Source: an uncultured Chloroflexia bacterium (GTDB taxonomy: Bacteria > Chloroflexota > Limnocylindria > Limnocylindrales > CSP1-4). Taken from it: DNA of 64,000 nucleotides. Under the pieces are notes generated by a model, which saw nothing but the letters and a program-made list of their open reading frames with translations, had not been told where the DNA came from and ran no database searches. Location of the stretch: contig CAWHXD010000008.1 of NCBI GenBank assembly GCA_963833225.1, forward strand, positions 416,001-480,000, written 5' to 3'. Shown here piece by piece: positions 53,032 to 62,938 of this stretch. Every line of letters starts with the position of its first letter. Position 1 is the stretch's first letter. The position numbers and the translations under genes are program-made.

Positions 53032-54927
53032 CTACTGGACCCAGTCGAGCCCCAGGCGGGCGAGGGTGTCCGGGGTCGGGTTGCCCGACCGGCCATCCCA
53101 GCCCGCGAGCCGGAAGTACTCGTCGAGGGCCCCGTCGATCACCGCCTGGTCGAGCGCGACGCCCCTCGTCGGACCCGTCCCGGTCAGCGGCTTGAAGAAC
53201 TTGGCGGGGAGCTTGTCGTGCGTGCGGTCGATACCCTCGCGGGCGTTGAACAGGCGAAGCATGTTGAGTCGCCGTTCGCCGATCTGGACGAGTTCGTCGA
53301 TGTCAAAGTCCACCCAGCCGGTCACGGCCCGCACGGCATCGACCGCCTCCTGCGGCCCGAACAGGGACCAGGCCGGCCCCCACACGAACTGGCACAGGTC
53401 GGCGGTGTCCAGGAACGAGTAGAACTGCTGCGTCTTGAGCGCGTAGCGAACCTTCTCCGGCCCGAGCGAGTCGTACGGGAGCTTCTCGGTGAAGCCCAGC
53501 AGCGCCTGTCGCGCCATCACCGAGTCGCCGGCGCCCTCCTCGATGCTCCCGTCGTGCTCGGACGACTGGTGGTCGGCGCCGAACGGGTTGACGGCGTAGA
53601 TCACGCCCAGCGACCGCTTTGCCTGCGGCATGTGGGCCGGCGCCTCCGCCCCCTTGACCGCGATCAGCAGCTCCTGGCCCTTGCCCAGCAGCTCGGCCGC
53701 GCGCCGGGAGCCATTGGCGAGGACGTCGCCGATCCCTTCGCGAGCAACGACCATCTCGAGCAGCCGGATCATCGCCTTCGCGTCCCCGAACGGAGCGGGG
53801 AAGCCGATCTCCGCCTCGGACAGCACGCCGTTGGTGAAGCAGTCCATGACCCAGGCGATGGTGGCCCCGGTCCCGATCGTGTCGAGGCCGTTCTCGTTGC
53901 AGATCTTGTTGGCCAGGGCGATGGCGTGGAGATCGTCCACGCCGCAGTAGGAGCCGAACGTGGCCGCCGTCTCGTACTCTGGACCGCCGTGGCGCTCCTC
54001 GATCGGGCGTCCCTCCCACTCCGTCTCGACCGCCCGCTTGCAGCGCACGGCGCACGAGTAGCAGGTCTCCCGGTTCGTGAGGATCGTCGCCGTCATCGTG
54101 GTGCCGCCGATCGCCTCGTAGGCGTCGAACTGGCCCGCGTTGTAGTTGAACGTCGGCAGACCGCCCGCCGCGTTCTGGCCTTCGAGCACGCCCTCGGTCC
54201 CGTTGATCCGGAGGTCGAGGACGTCGCCGTTGTTGGGGATCTCCGCCGCACCCCACTTGGCGAGCTGGCCGAGGGCCTTGGGATCGGCCATCGGGATCTT
54301 CCGGTTGTGGCCGCGCACGGCGACCGCCTTGAGGTTCTTGGACCCCATCACGGCACCCATCCCGGTCCGACCGTTGGCCCGGTTGGCCATGTTCATGATC
54401 GCGGCCAGGAGCGCGCCCCGCTCGCCGGCCGGTCCGATCGCGGCGACCTCGACCTTGGCGTCCTCGAGCTCCTCCTTGAGCTGGTCCGTGGTCTGCGACG
54501 TCGTCTTGCCCCACAGGTGGCCCGCCGGCCGGAGCTCGGCCTCGCCGTCGTGGATCCAGAGATAGACAGGCTCCGGCGACCGGCCCTTGATGACGACCCC
54601 GGTGAAGCCGGCGAACCGCAGCTCGGCCGGGAAGAAGCCGCCACCCTGGCTGTCGCCGATCCCGTCCGTCAGCGGCGAACGGGCGCTGATCGTCATCCGG
54701 CTCTGGCCCGCGATCGGCGCCCCGGTCAGCAGGCTGTCCATCATCGTCAGCACGTTGGCCGGGTCCAGGCCGCCCGTCCCGACCGGCACGTCGCGCAGGA
54801 TGTAGTAGAGGCCCATCGCGGAGCCGCCGAGATACGTCCGATAGAACGACTCGGGCGGGCGCTCGATCTCGATCGAACCGCTCGTGAGGTCGACGTGGAG
54901 GATCTGTCCGGTGAAGTCGCTCGACAT
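53032..54927 (-). CDS. Tungsten aldehyde:ferredoxin oxidoreductase family protein 2
   Basis: ILHVDL, RSPLT, GRTGMGAVMGSKN, CYSCAVRC, GPEYET, NENGLDTIG. Confidence 0.93.
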   Translation of the reverse strand: MSSDFTGQILHVDLTSGSIEIERPPESFYRTYLGGSAMGLYYILRDVPVGTGGLDPANVLTMMDSLLTGAPIAGQSRMTISARSPLTDGIGDSQGGGFFPAELRFAGFTGVVIKGRSPEPVYLWIHDGEAELRPAGHLWGKTTSQTTDQLKEELEDAKVEVAAIGPAGERGALLAAIMNMANRANGRTGMGAVMGSKNLKAVAVRGHNRKIPMADPKALGQLAKWGAAEIPNNGDVLDLRINGTEGVLEGQNAAGGLPTFNYNAGQFDAYEAIGGTTMTATILTNRETCYSCAVRCKRAVETEWEGRPIEERHGGPEYETAATFGSYCGVDDLHAIALANKICNENGLDTIGTGATIAWVMDCFTNGVLSEAEIGFPAPFGDAKAMIRLLEMVVAREGIGDVLANGSRRAAELLGKGQELLIAVKGAEAPAHMPQAKRSLGVIYAVNPFGADHQSSEHDGSIEEGAGDSVMARQALLGFTEKLPYDSLGPEKVRYALKTQQFYSFLDTADLCQFVWGPAWSLFGPQEAVDAVRAVTGWVDFDIDELVQIGERRLNMLRLFNAREGIDRTHDKLPAKFFKPLTGTGPTRGVALDQAVIDGALDEYFRLAGWDGRSGNPTPDTLARLGLDWVQ

Positions 54928-55091
54928 GTCCTGCCTCTGGTCGGGTCTCGTCCGAGGCGACCGCCTCATGTTGCCCTCAGGATACCCATTCGGGGCGCGA
55001 GGCCCTCGTGCGTCTCGGCTGCTGGATGCGCGTTCGCGGGTTGTAGGCTCCGCATGTCTCCCGAGAGACTGGTGCGAGAGGAGTCCGATCC

Positions 55092-55931
55092 ATGGTGTCG
55101 CCGTCCCCGATGCCGGTCAACGATGATCGCGTGCTGCCGGTCGCGCGGGTTCTTGCCCTCGTGATCGTGCCGATCCTGACCGTCGCGTTCGTGATGCTCT
55201 GGGTCTTCCCGGTCAACTCGGGCCAGCTGTTCTCGTGGCCGATCAAGCCCGAGATGACCGCGATGATGCTCGGCGCGACCTACCTCGGCGGGGCCTGGTT
55301 CTTCGGACGCGTGATCGTGGCCCGTGCCTGGCACTCGGTGAGCCTGGGGTTCCTGCCGGTCGCGACGTTCGCCGGGATCCTCGGCATCGCGACGCTGCTC
55401 CACTGGACGGCGTTCACACCGGGCCATCCCTCGTTCACGCTGTGGGCGATCCTGTACCTCACCTTGCCGCTGGTCATCCCGGTGGTCTGGTGGCGCAACC
55501 GGCAGTACGACCCGGGTTGGACCGTGGAGGCCGGGGCGCCGCTCGCCGGGCCGGTGCGCTACCTCGCGGGCGGGCTCGGCGTGCTGCTCGCCGCCGTCAG
55601 CGTCGTGCTGGTGGTCGCGCCGGACGCGCTCATCGGCAGCTGGCCGTGGGCGCTGACCCCGCTGACGGGACGCGTGCTGGGGGCGATGTTCGCGCTGTCT
55701 GGGTTCGTGGGCGTGGAGATCGCCATCGACCGTCGACCCGGGGCCGCCCGGGCGATCGTGCAGGCCCAGGCGATCGCGATTGCCGGGATCCTGCTGGGCC
55801 TCCTGCGAGCCGCGGGCGACGTGTCATGGACCACCCCGACCACCTGGCTGTTCGCGGGCGGGATGGTGGTCGTGCTGGCTGTCAATGCCCTCGCGGCGTA
55901 TGGAGGTCGACGCGGGGCTCCGGGCTCCTGA
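55092..55931 (+). CDS. Multi-pass hypothetical membrane protein (two internal repeats)
   Basis: About 8 TMs; FSWPIKPEMTAMMLGA and WPWALTPLTGRVLGA repeat. Confidence 0.8.
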   Translation: MVSPSPMPVNDDRVLPVARVLALVIVPILTVAFVMLWVFPVNSGQLFSWPIKPEMTAMMLGATYLGGAWFFGRVIVARAWHSVSLGFLPVATFAGILGIATLLHWTAFTPGHPSFTLWAILYLTLPLVIPVVWWRNRQYDPGWTVEAGAPLAGPVRYLAGGLGVLLAAVSVVLVVAPDALIGSWPWALTPLTGRVLGAMFALSGFVGVEIAIDRRPGAARAIVQAQAIAIAGILLGLLRAAGDVSWTTPTTWLFAGGMVVVLAVNALAAYGGRRGAPGS

Positions 55932-57267
55932 CCGACGGTGCCGGGATGCCCGCCACGGGCGCCATCGCGGCATCCCGGTCGACAACGAACCAGGTCGGGA
56001 TCGGCCCCTTGCCCTTGACGTCGACGAGGCCCCGGGATTCGAACCGGAAGGCGTCGCCAAGTCGCTCCCGGACCGCGTGGGTGACCTGGACCTTCCCCGG
56101 CACCCCGAGCGATTCCATCCGGCTGGCGAGGTTCACCGTGTCGCCCCAGATGTCGTAGATGAACTTCTTGGTGCCGATCACGCCGGCAACCACCGGCCCG
56201 CAGTGAACGCCCACCCGGAAGGCGATGCCGAGCCGGCGCGCGGCCTCGATGTCGCCGATGCAGCGCGCCAGGTCCAGCGCCATCGCCACCACCCGTGACG
56301 TGTGGTCGGCCGATCGCTCGGTGAGGCCGCCGACCACCATGTAGGCGTCGCCGATCGTCTTCACCTTCTCGAGCCGGTACTGCTCCACGAGGTCGTCGAA
56401 GACCGAGAACACGTCGTTGAGGGCGGCGACCAGCTCCGATGGCGTCAGCCTGGACGAGAGCCGGGTGAAGTCCACGATGTCGGCGAACAGGAGCGTGACG
56501 TCGTCGAAGCGATCGGCGATCAGCGGCTCGCCGTCGCGCAGGCGTTGGGCGATCGGGCCCGGCAGGATGTTGAGCAGCAGGCGCTCGTTCTCGCGGGCCA
56601 GCCGCTCCCGCTCCTTGACGGCCGTGATGTCCGTCCCGTACACGTTGACGAAGCCGAACCCCGGGACGTCCACCGGCAGCAGGGCGTAGGTCCGGCCCCC
56701 CGCGTCCACCTCGACCGAGGCCGCCGCGCTCTCCTCGACGCGAGCCATGAGCGTTCCGCGGACCGCGTCCGGCAGGCGGTCGCCGGGCGCGATCCCCAGC
56801 CCTTCGATGAGCCCGGCGCTGGCCGGGTTCGCGTACAGGAGCCGCCCGTCCGCCGCGATCCGCATGACCGGGTTCGGGTTCTCGTCGGGGAACTTGACGA
56901 TCGCCCGCTCCGCCGAGACATCCCGTCCATACAGGTTCGTGAACGACAGGTCGGGGATCGCCACGGGCCACACGGCCCAGGTCCGGCCGTCGCTGACCAG
57001 CTCGACGAACCCGCGCGACAGCTCGGCCGCACGAATGCGCTCCAGGGCCTCACCGGGGAGCCGCTCCCCGACCGCGATTCCGAGCGCCTGCAGCACCCCT
57101 GCACTCGCCGGATTGGCATAGATCAAGTGACCGTCCGCGTCGATGCGCAGCACGGGATTGGGGTTGTCGTCTGGAAAGCGGTTGATCGCGCTGATCTGCG
57201 CGCCGGTCAGGCGGGCTTCGCCCTCGTGGTGCGCATGATCGGCAGCGGCCGGGACGCGGTCTGCCAT
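55882..57267 (-). CDS. Class III adenylate/guanylate cyclase with two PAS-like repeats
   Basis: LFADIVDFT, KTIGDAYM, YDIWGDTVNLASRME; duplicated FPDxNPNPV...YANPAS. Confidence 0.92.
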   Translation of the reverse strand: MADRVPAAADHAHHEGEARLTGAQISAINRFPDDNPNPVLRIDADGHLIYANPASAGVLQALGIAVGERLPGEALERIRAAELSRGFVELVSDGRTWAVWPVAIPDLSFTNLYGRDVSAERAIVKFPDENPNPVMRIAADGRLLYANPASAGLIEGLGIAPGDRLPDAVRGTLMARVEESAAASVEVDAGGRTYALLPVDVPGFGFVNVYGTDITAVKERERLARENERLLLNILPGPIAQRLRDGEPLIADRFDDVTLLFADIVDFTRLSSRLTPSELVAALNDVFSVFDDLVEQYRLEKVKTIGDAYMVVGGLTERSADHTSRVVAMALDLARCIGDIEAARRLGIAFRVGVHCGPVVAGVIGTKKFIYDIWGDTVNLASRMESLGVPGKVQVTHAVRERLGDAFRFESRGLVDVKGKGPIPTWFVVDRDAAMAPVAGIPAPSVRSPEPRVDLHTPRGH

Positions 57268-57288
57268 TGGGAAATGGTAGGCGGGGCG

Positions 57289-57609
57289 TCAATCAGGGCG
57301 TGATGCGCCACCCACCACGATGTCCAGGTACCCGGGGTGGCGCTCGAGCCAGGAACGCACGAACGGACAGATCGCGATCACCCGCAGGCCGCGGGCGCGG
57401 GCGTCCTCGAGCGCAAACCGCGTGAGGGTGCCGGCCACCCCGGTCCCCGCGTGGCCCGCCAGGGTCTCGGTGTGGACCAGGGCAAGCCGGCCGCGCTTGA
57501 CCACGTACTCGAGGAAGCCGGCGAGCTCCCCGTCCCGGAACACCTCGTAGCGCCCAGCGGCCGGAGCATCCGTGACCGAGAGCGGCACGACGGCCCGAGG
57601 GTCGCCCAC
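57289..57609 (-). CDS. Small GNAT (YjdJ-like) acetyltransferase
   Basis: LVHTET, GTGVAG, ICPFVRSWLERHP. Confidence 0.88.
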   Translation of the reverse strand: MGDPRAVVPLSVTDAPAAGRYEVFRDGELAGFLEYVVKRGRLALVHTETLAGHAGTGVAGTLTRFALEDARARGLRVIAICPFVRSWLERHPGYLDIVVGGASRPD

Positions 57610-57792
57610 CTAGACCTCGACCTCGGCGCGGAGCTCGCTCGAGCAGTCGCAGGCAAGCATCAGCCCCAGCGCGCGGAGACCGTCCTCGCCCGTGATGGGT
57701 GGCGCCTCATCGCGCAGCACGGAGCCGATGAACGCGTCCAGGTTCCACACGGCGTCCAGCCGCGAGGCCGCGATCCCCACCCTGAGCGTCAT
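57610..57792 (-). pseudogene. Possible C-terminal remnant of a Gfo/Idh/MocA oxidoreductase
   Basis: LDAFIGSVLRDEAPPITGEDGLRAL resembles that family's C-terminus; no N-terminal domain. Confidence 0.45.
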
Positions 57793-57977
57793 CCTGCGGC
57801 CTCGTCGATCACGTTCGCCATGCCTTCGATACTAGGCTACCCGCCGGCGCTCATGCGGGCCGATGGCACTATGGGCTCGACGTCGGTCATGTGATCATGA
57901 ACGGCGCAGCCAGCGAGGTGCTCGCAGACCCGAAGATCAGGGAAGCCAACCTCGGCACCCAGGCACGGGAGGACCTC

Positions 57978-58622
57978 ATGCTCGTCAAGGAGCGCATGTC
58001 GACGCGGACCATCGTGGCCGCGCCCGATCTGCCGGTACCCGAGGCGCTCAACGTGATGCGCAAGGAGCACATCCGGCGCCTGCCTGTCGTCGACAAGCGC
58101 GGGAAGGTCGTCGGCATCGTCTCCGACAAGGACCTCCTGCATGCGTCGCCATCGCCCGCGACCAGTCTCAGCGTGTGGGAGGTCACCTACCTGCTGGGCA
58201 GGATCAGGGTCAGGGACGTGATGACGAGCAAGGTCATCACGGTGACCGAGGACACCCCGGTCGAAGATGCGGCCCGGATCATGGCCGACAACAAGATCGG
58301 CGGCCTGCCGGTGGTGCGCGACGGCTCGCTCGTCGGGATCATCACCGAGACGGACCTGTTCAAGCTGTTCGTGGAGCTCCTCGGCGCCAGGGAGCCAGGC
58401 ATTCGCGTGACGATGCTCGTTCCGGAGACGCCGGGCTCGCTGGCGAAGGTGACCCGCGCCGTCACCGACTGCGGCGGCAACATCGTGGCGGTCGCGGAGC
58501 TCTCCGGCACCAGCGCCTCCAACCGCCAGGTGATGGTCAAGGCGACCGGCGTCTCGCGCGAGACGCTCCTCGCGGCGCTCCAGCCGACCGTGATCGAGAT
58601 CGGCGACGTGCGCGAGGTCTAG
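57978..58622 (+). CDS. CBS-pair plus ACT domain protein (AcuB-like)
   Basis: IRRLPVVD..VGIVSDKDL, IGGLPVV..LVGIITETDL, ACT-like PGSLAKV; GGAGG RBS. Confidence 0.9.
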   Translation: MLVKERMSTRTIVAAPDLPVPEALNVMRKEHIRRLPVVDKRGKVVGIVSDKDLLHASPSPATSLSVWEVTYLLGRIRVRDVMTSKVITVTEDTPVEDAARIMADNKIGGLPVVRDGSLVGIITETDLFKLFVELLGAREPGIRVTMLVPETPGSLAKVTRAVTDCGGNIVAVAELSGTSASNRQVMVKATGVSRETLLAALQPTVIEIGDVREV

Positions 58623-58628
58623 CCGGAG

Positions 58629-59354
58629 CTACGCGTCCTCGCCCTCCGCGACCTCTGCCAGGCGCTCCGCGTCGCGGATCAGGACCTGGTGGTGGCCGGT
58701 GTCGAGCAGGCCCCGCCGGCGGAAGTCGCCCAGGGTGTGGGCAAGCGTCTCGCGAGTCGTGCCCACCATCTCGGCCAACTCCTGCTGGGTGAGGTTGGCC
58801 CTGATCAGTGTGCCTCGCTCGGTCTGCGCGCCGAACCGGCTCGCGAGGTCGATCAGCCGCCGCGCCAGCCGCTGGTCCACGCGCTGGTAGGCCATCGCCT
58901 CGAGCTCCCGCTCCGCGCTCTGGAGACGGCGCGACAGGTGGCGGATGATGTTCACGCCGATGACCGGGAACCGCTCGATCAGGCGGCGCAGCTCGTCGGG
59001 GGTGATCGTGCAGATCACGCCATCGTCGATGGCTTCCGCGTAGGCCTCGGGCAACGGGTCCTGCCCCAGCAGGCTCATGTCGCCGAGGATGGTGCCCTTC
59101 TCGTGGATGTCGAGCGTGAGCTGCTTGCCGTCGGGGCTGATCCGGTAGACCCGCACGCGGCCCTGCTTGACGATGTGGATCCGGTCCGGCGGGTCGTCGG
59201 GAGACAGGATCCGCTGACCCCGGACGCAGTGCGTCATCGTGGTCGCGTGACCGATCGCCTCGATATCGGCATCGGACAGCCCGGCGAACAGGGCAACCTC
59301 GGACAGGAGACCCAGCTTCTCGGCCAGGGAGCGGGCGGCGGGCGAAGAGCTCAT
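58629..59354 (-). CDS. Crp/Fnr family transcriptional regulator
   Basis: cNMP-fold GRVRVYRISPDGKQLTL; HTH LTQQELAEMVGTTRET. Confidence 0.93.
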   Translation of the reverse strand: MSSSPAARSLAEKLGLLSEVALFAGLSDADIEAIGHATTMTHCVRGQRILSPDDPPDRIHIVKQGRVRVYRISPDGKQLTLDIHEKGTILGDMSLLGQDPLPEAYAEAIDDGVICTITPDELRRLIERFPVIGVNIIRHLSRRLQSAERELEAMAYQRVDQRLARRLIDLASRFGAQTERGTLIRANLTQQELAEMVGTTRETLAHTLGDFRRRGLLDTGHHQVLIRDAERLAEVAEGEDA

Positions 59355-60130
59355 CGGGCGCGGTCCAGTTGAATGACCCGGGCGGTGGCGAACACGGGGC
59401 CAACGTCGAGCCCGAGCCGAGCATAGAGCGCCGCCGGCAACCCGATGTCGCCGAGGTAGAGCCTGCCGGCGCGGATGGCACTCTCCCCCGTCATCAGCCC
59501 GGGCTTGGGCAGTGCCAGCGTCAGGGTCGCGGCGGCAGTGACCGCGGTCGCGGCGGCGTCGCCCGTGTCCGGATCGACGCCGGTCGGGACGTCCAGGCTG
59601 ACCACCGGTCGCCCGGATCGCACGATGAGCTCGACGAGCCGCCCGACCGCGCCTCGCGGGGCCCCGCGGCCGGCGTAGCCGAGGATGGCGTCCACGATGG
59701 CATCCGCCTCGGCGAGCGCGGTTTCCAGCTCCTCGTCAGACAGGTCGTACGTCGCCACGCAACAGGTGGCTCCCATCGCGATCAGCGTGGCGAGCTGGTG
59801 ACGCCCGGCGCCGGTCAGCCGGAGCACCGGACGGGCCAGCACCACGCGGACTCTCGCCCCGCGGTTGACGAGGTGGCGTGCGGCCACGAGGCCGCCACCG
59901 CCGTTGTTCCCGGGACCGACCGCGACCACGATCGAGCGGTCTCGAAGGTCACCGCCAGTCTCCAGTCTCACGACCTCGGCCAGGTGCGAGCCGGCCTGCT
60001 CCATCATCTGGAGCAGCGTGATCCCGAACTCCTCGATGGCGAGCCGATCCACCTCGGTCATGGTGGCCACGTCCACGACGGGCACGGCGGACGCCGCGAT
60101 CGTGGCGCTCGTGTCGATCATCGCGTCCAT
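59351..60130 (-). CDS. nnrE: NAD(P)H-hydrate epimerase (stand-alone YjeF_N)
   Basis: MMEQAG, GPGNNGGGGLVAARHL, VDAILG, SLDVPTG. Confidence 0.9.
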   Translation of the reverse strand: MDAMIDTSATIAASAVPVVDVATMTEVDRLAIEEFGITLLQMMEQAGSHLAEVVRLETGGDLRDRSIVVAVGPGNNGGGGLVAARHLVNRGARVRVVLARPVLRLTGAGRHQLATLIAMGATCCVATYDLSDEELETALAEADAIVDAILGYAGRGAPRGAVGRLVELIVRSGRPVVSLDVPTGVDPDTGDAAATAVTAAATLTLALPKPGLMTGESAIRAGRLYLGDIGLPAALYARLGLDVGPVFATARVIQLDRAR

Positions 60131-60173
60131 CCCACTCCCGCTGTCCGGCTCGACGCCGGGGTCGCCGCGCTTG

Positions 60174-60701
60174 TCAGCGGTTGGCGCGGAAGGCAAACCG
60201 GTCGAGGACGATCCCGAGGACCGTGCCGAACATGAACGTGTGGGCCACGAGCTGCACCGCGACGTTCTGCGAATCCGGGAACCAGGTCCAGCCGAAGATC
60301 CCTGCCAGCACGAAGAAGTTGAGGATCCATAGCGCGAAGCCCGCGAGGCTCGCCACGACCAGGACCGAGACCGTCGAGCGCGCGAGCGAGCCGACAAAGG
60401 CCAGCAGGCCCGCGACCGCGAGGCCGTACATCATGGACAGGACCATGTGGATGACGAGGCCGGCCGCCCCCGCCGTCAGCAGCGAGGTCGCGGGGTCCAT
60501 CGCGGACGGCCCGAGCGCGATCCCGCCGATCATCCGGAGCGGCATGAAGAACGCCTCGGTGCCGTTGAGGATCGCGGCCATGATCATCTCGAACATCGCG
60601 AACACGATGCCGGCGACGACACCGCCGATGACCCCGATACCGACCCAGGTCCGGGTCTGCGTGTCTTGCGCGCCGAGCGCTGCTGTTGCCATCTGGTTCA
60701 C
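60174..60701 (-). CDS. Four-TM membrane protein with intramembrane histidines
   Basis: GLVIHMVLS and LVAHTFMFG; GAGGT upstream. Confidence 0.8.
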   Translation of the reverse strand: MNQMATAALGAQDTQTRTWVGIGVIGGVVAGIVFAMFEMIMAAILNGTEAFFMPLRMIGGIALGPSAMDPATSLLTAGAAGLVIHMVLSMMYGLAVAGLLAFVGSLARSTVSVLVVASLAGFALWILNFFVLAGIFGWTWFPDSQNVAVQLVAHTFMFGTVLGIVLDRFAFRANR

Positions 60702-60758
60702 ACCTCACTGCCTGGTTGATTTGACAGTGCGAACGTATGTGAATGCCCGAAGCGGTTC

Positions 60759-60774
60759 TGTGACGCGCATCACA
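60759..60774. promoter_or_regulatory. Consensus CRP-type site
   Basis: TGTGA-CGCGCA-TCACA; candidate minus-strand -10 TACGTT at 60732-60737 would centre it near -41.5. Confidence 0.75.
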
Positions 60775-60869
60775 GCCGGGTGGGTGGCGAGAGTCACCCG
60801 GGCATCGGGCAGGCTGGCGCTCGCGTTCAGGGGCCCGGGGCTGCGGGGGTCAACCTGGCAGCGCGCCGA

Positions 60870-61676
60870 TTACGGCAGACGGGAGTCCAGTGCCCTGTCC
60901 AGGATCCGGCCTTGAGCGCCGAGGATCGCTCGCGCGAACTTGGCGTTGAGGTGTTCGCCGTCTCGGAACTTCGTGATCCCGTGGGTTGACGCTGAACAGG
61001 GCCATCTCTTGCAGATGTCCTTGGTCAGGTTGATGCGACTGTTGCCGCTGTAGGCGGCGGCGACCTTCTCGATCGCGCCCATGTCACCCCTGCTCGACTG
61101 TCCGCGGCGGGGCGAGTCGACGATGAGGGCGACCTGGCCCGGGACCTTCCTGAGCATCCGGCCCTCCGCGCGGCCCTTGGCCTTGTTCGAGCGCTGCGAC
61201 GCGAGCACGGGGTGGATCGCGTATCGGCTCTGGGCGACAAGCGTCAGGGTCGGCTTCAACTTGTTGAGGCGAGCGACGACGTTCTTGTTCCACGTCGCGC
61301 ACTCGGTGTACTCGCGACCCAGATAGAGGTTGCGGATGCGCATGTCGAGGAAGCCACAAGAGACCTTGACCATCACGACCAGCTTCCAGTGGCGGGCGAC
61401 CGCGATGCGCTCGATGGCGGGGAAGAGATGCGACATGTGCGAGTCGCCGACCAGCGCGATGACGGTCTGGCTTGTCTTGTCGCCGTAGACGCACTTGGTA
61501 TTGGGCGTCAGGATCCGTTCCCAGGCCAGGCAGTTGTCATTCCAGAGTCGCTCGTACGACCTGGGGTACGACGCCTCGGCGGTCGACACACCTCCGACGA
61601 ACCCCGTCGACAGCACGATCGCGGCCAGCAGCGATGCGAGACCGACGGTGCGGAAGGGGCTCGAGAATGTGACCAC
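60870..61676 (-). CDS. Secreted SGNH domain protein (OafA C-terminal type)
   Basis: CVYGD, LVGDSHM, RDGEHL; signal peptide. Confidence 0.8.
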   Translation of the reverse strand: MVTFSSPFRTVGLASLLAAIVLSTGFVGGVSTAEASYPRSYERLWNDNCLAWERILTPNTKCVYGDKTSQTVIALVGDSHMSHLFPAIERIAVARHWKLVVMVKVSCGFLDMRIRNLYLGREYTECATWNKNVVARLNKLKPTLTLVAQSRYAIHPVLASQRSNKAKGRAEGRMLRKVPGQVALIVDSPRRGQSSRGDMGAIEKVAAAYSGNSRINLTKDICKRWPCSASTHGITKFRDGEHLNAKFARAILGAQGRILDRALDSRLP

Positions 61677-61807
61677 GGGAGATTGGCCCTCTGCGACGTG
61701 GCGAACCGAGGCTGTGGCCTCTTGAGCCTATCCCCTTCTGATGCGGGAAGTCTGGGGTAGACTCCGCGGCGATAGTACTAGTCCGCCATTGCCCCATTGG
61801 AGGCCAG

Positions 61808-62677
61808 GTGACGGGACCGAACCTGAGGCGCGGCTGGGCCGGCTGGAGCGCGATGCTCGCGATCGCCTTCGCGACCCTCGTCCTGGCGTTGAGCCTGCCC
61901 CCGAGTTCGCCGGTCAGGGGCGGCGATGTCCTGGCGGCCATCGCGACACCCGTGTCCACGCCACCGGCAACCGCTTCGTCCGCGCCCGCCACGCGGCCGG
62001 GCCGGACGCCCTCGCCCATCTCGGAGGACATCCAGCAATCGCGGCCCACCCCGACGCGGCCCGTTGTCGAGGTATCACAACCCACCGCGATCAGCGTCAT
62101 CAAGCGGGGCAAGGCCATCCCGACGGGCGGTACCGCGGTCTTTCTGGGCGACTCCTACACGACAGGCTGGAACGGGGCCGGACTCGATGTTCGGGGATGG
62201 CCGCGACTGGTGGCTGCCGAGTACGGCTGGAAGGTCGTGAACCTCGCGGTGGCTGGGACAGGGTTCATGAACCCAGGCTGGACGGGCCAGCCGGTCGCAT
62301 CGAGGGTCCGTGCGGCCGTGCGCGCGAGGCCCGACATCGTGTTCATCGCGGCTGGGCACAACAATTCGCGCTGGTCGGCGTCGACGACGGCGGCGGCGGC
62401 CGATGCGGTGGTCACCAAGCTCCGCGCGGCGCTCCCCGATGCCACGATCGTGATCATCGCCCCGATCTGGCAGGATGGGACTCCACCGGCTCGCTGCCTG
62501 ACGCTGCGGGATCGTCTCAGGCGCACAGCTCGCGCAAACGGCGCCCGGTTCATCGACCCACTCGCCGAGGGCTGGTTCGCGGGCAGCTCGCATCGCTTCA
62601 TCACCGCCGACGGGATCCATCCGTCGGACCGCGGCCATCGGTTCATCGCCAACCGGGTGCTGGCTGACCTGGAGTAG
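61808..62677 (+). CDS. SGNH/GDSL hydrolase, exported
   Basis: FLGDSYTTG, NLAVAGTGF, GHNN, DGIHP. Confidence 0.88.
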   Translation: MTGPNLRRGWAGWSAMLAIAFATLVLALSLPPSSPVRGGDVLAAIATPVSTPPATASSAPATRPGRTPSPISEDIQQSRPTPTRPVVEVSQPTAISVIKRGKAIPTGGTAVFLGDSYTTGWNGAGLDVRGWPRLVAAEYGWKVVNLAVAGTGFMNPGWTGQPVASRVRAAVRARPDIVFIAAGHNNSRWSASTTAAAADAVVTKLRAALPDATIVIIAPIWQDGTPPARCLTLRDRLRRTARANGARFIDPLAEGWFAGSSHRFITADGIHPSDRGHRFIANRVLADLE

Positions 62678-62938
62678 GCCTCGGCTGGCCAGGCGGCAGA
62701 CCTCGGCTGGCGGAGCTGGACATCGGGTTGCGAGCGGCGCCAGGCGGCGCAGATGTCATCCGGGGCGATGTGTTCCCAGCCAGTGAGCGGCCTGAGACGG
62801 GCTTCACGGCGGCCGACAGCCCGGTCGTGTCGTCGAGGGCGCGGATCGAGCGAGAGCTGAGCGCACCGCTGAGCCCCGGACCATCGGACGTACGAACGGG
62901 TCCCGGACGGGGCGCCCTCGCGCCACGACGATGCAGTC

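Noticed and set aside
54928-55091. Moco/Tuco riboswitch upstream of the tungsten operon
   Set aside because: I could not recognise the conserved elements by eye; an Rfam scan would settle it
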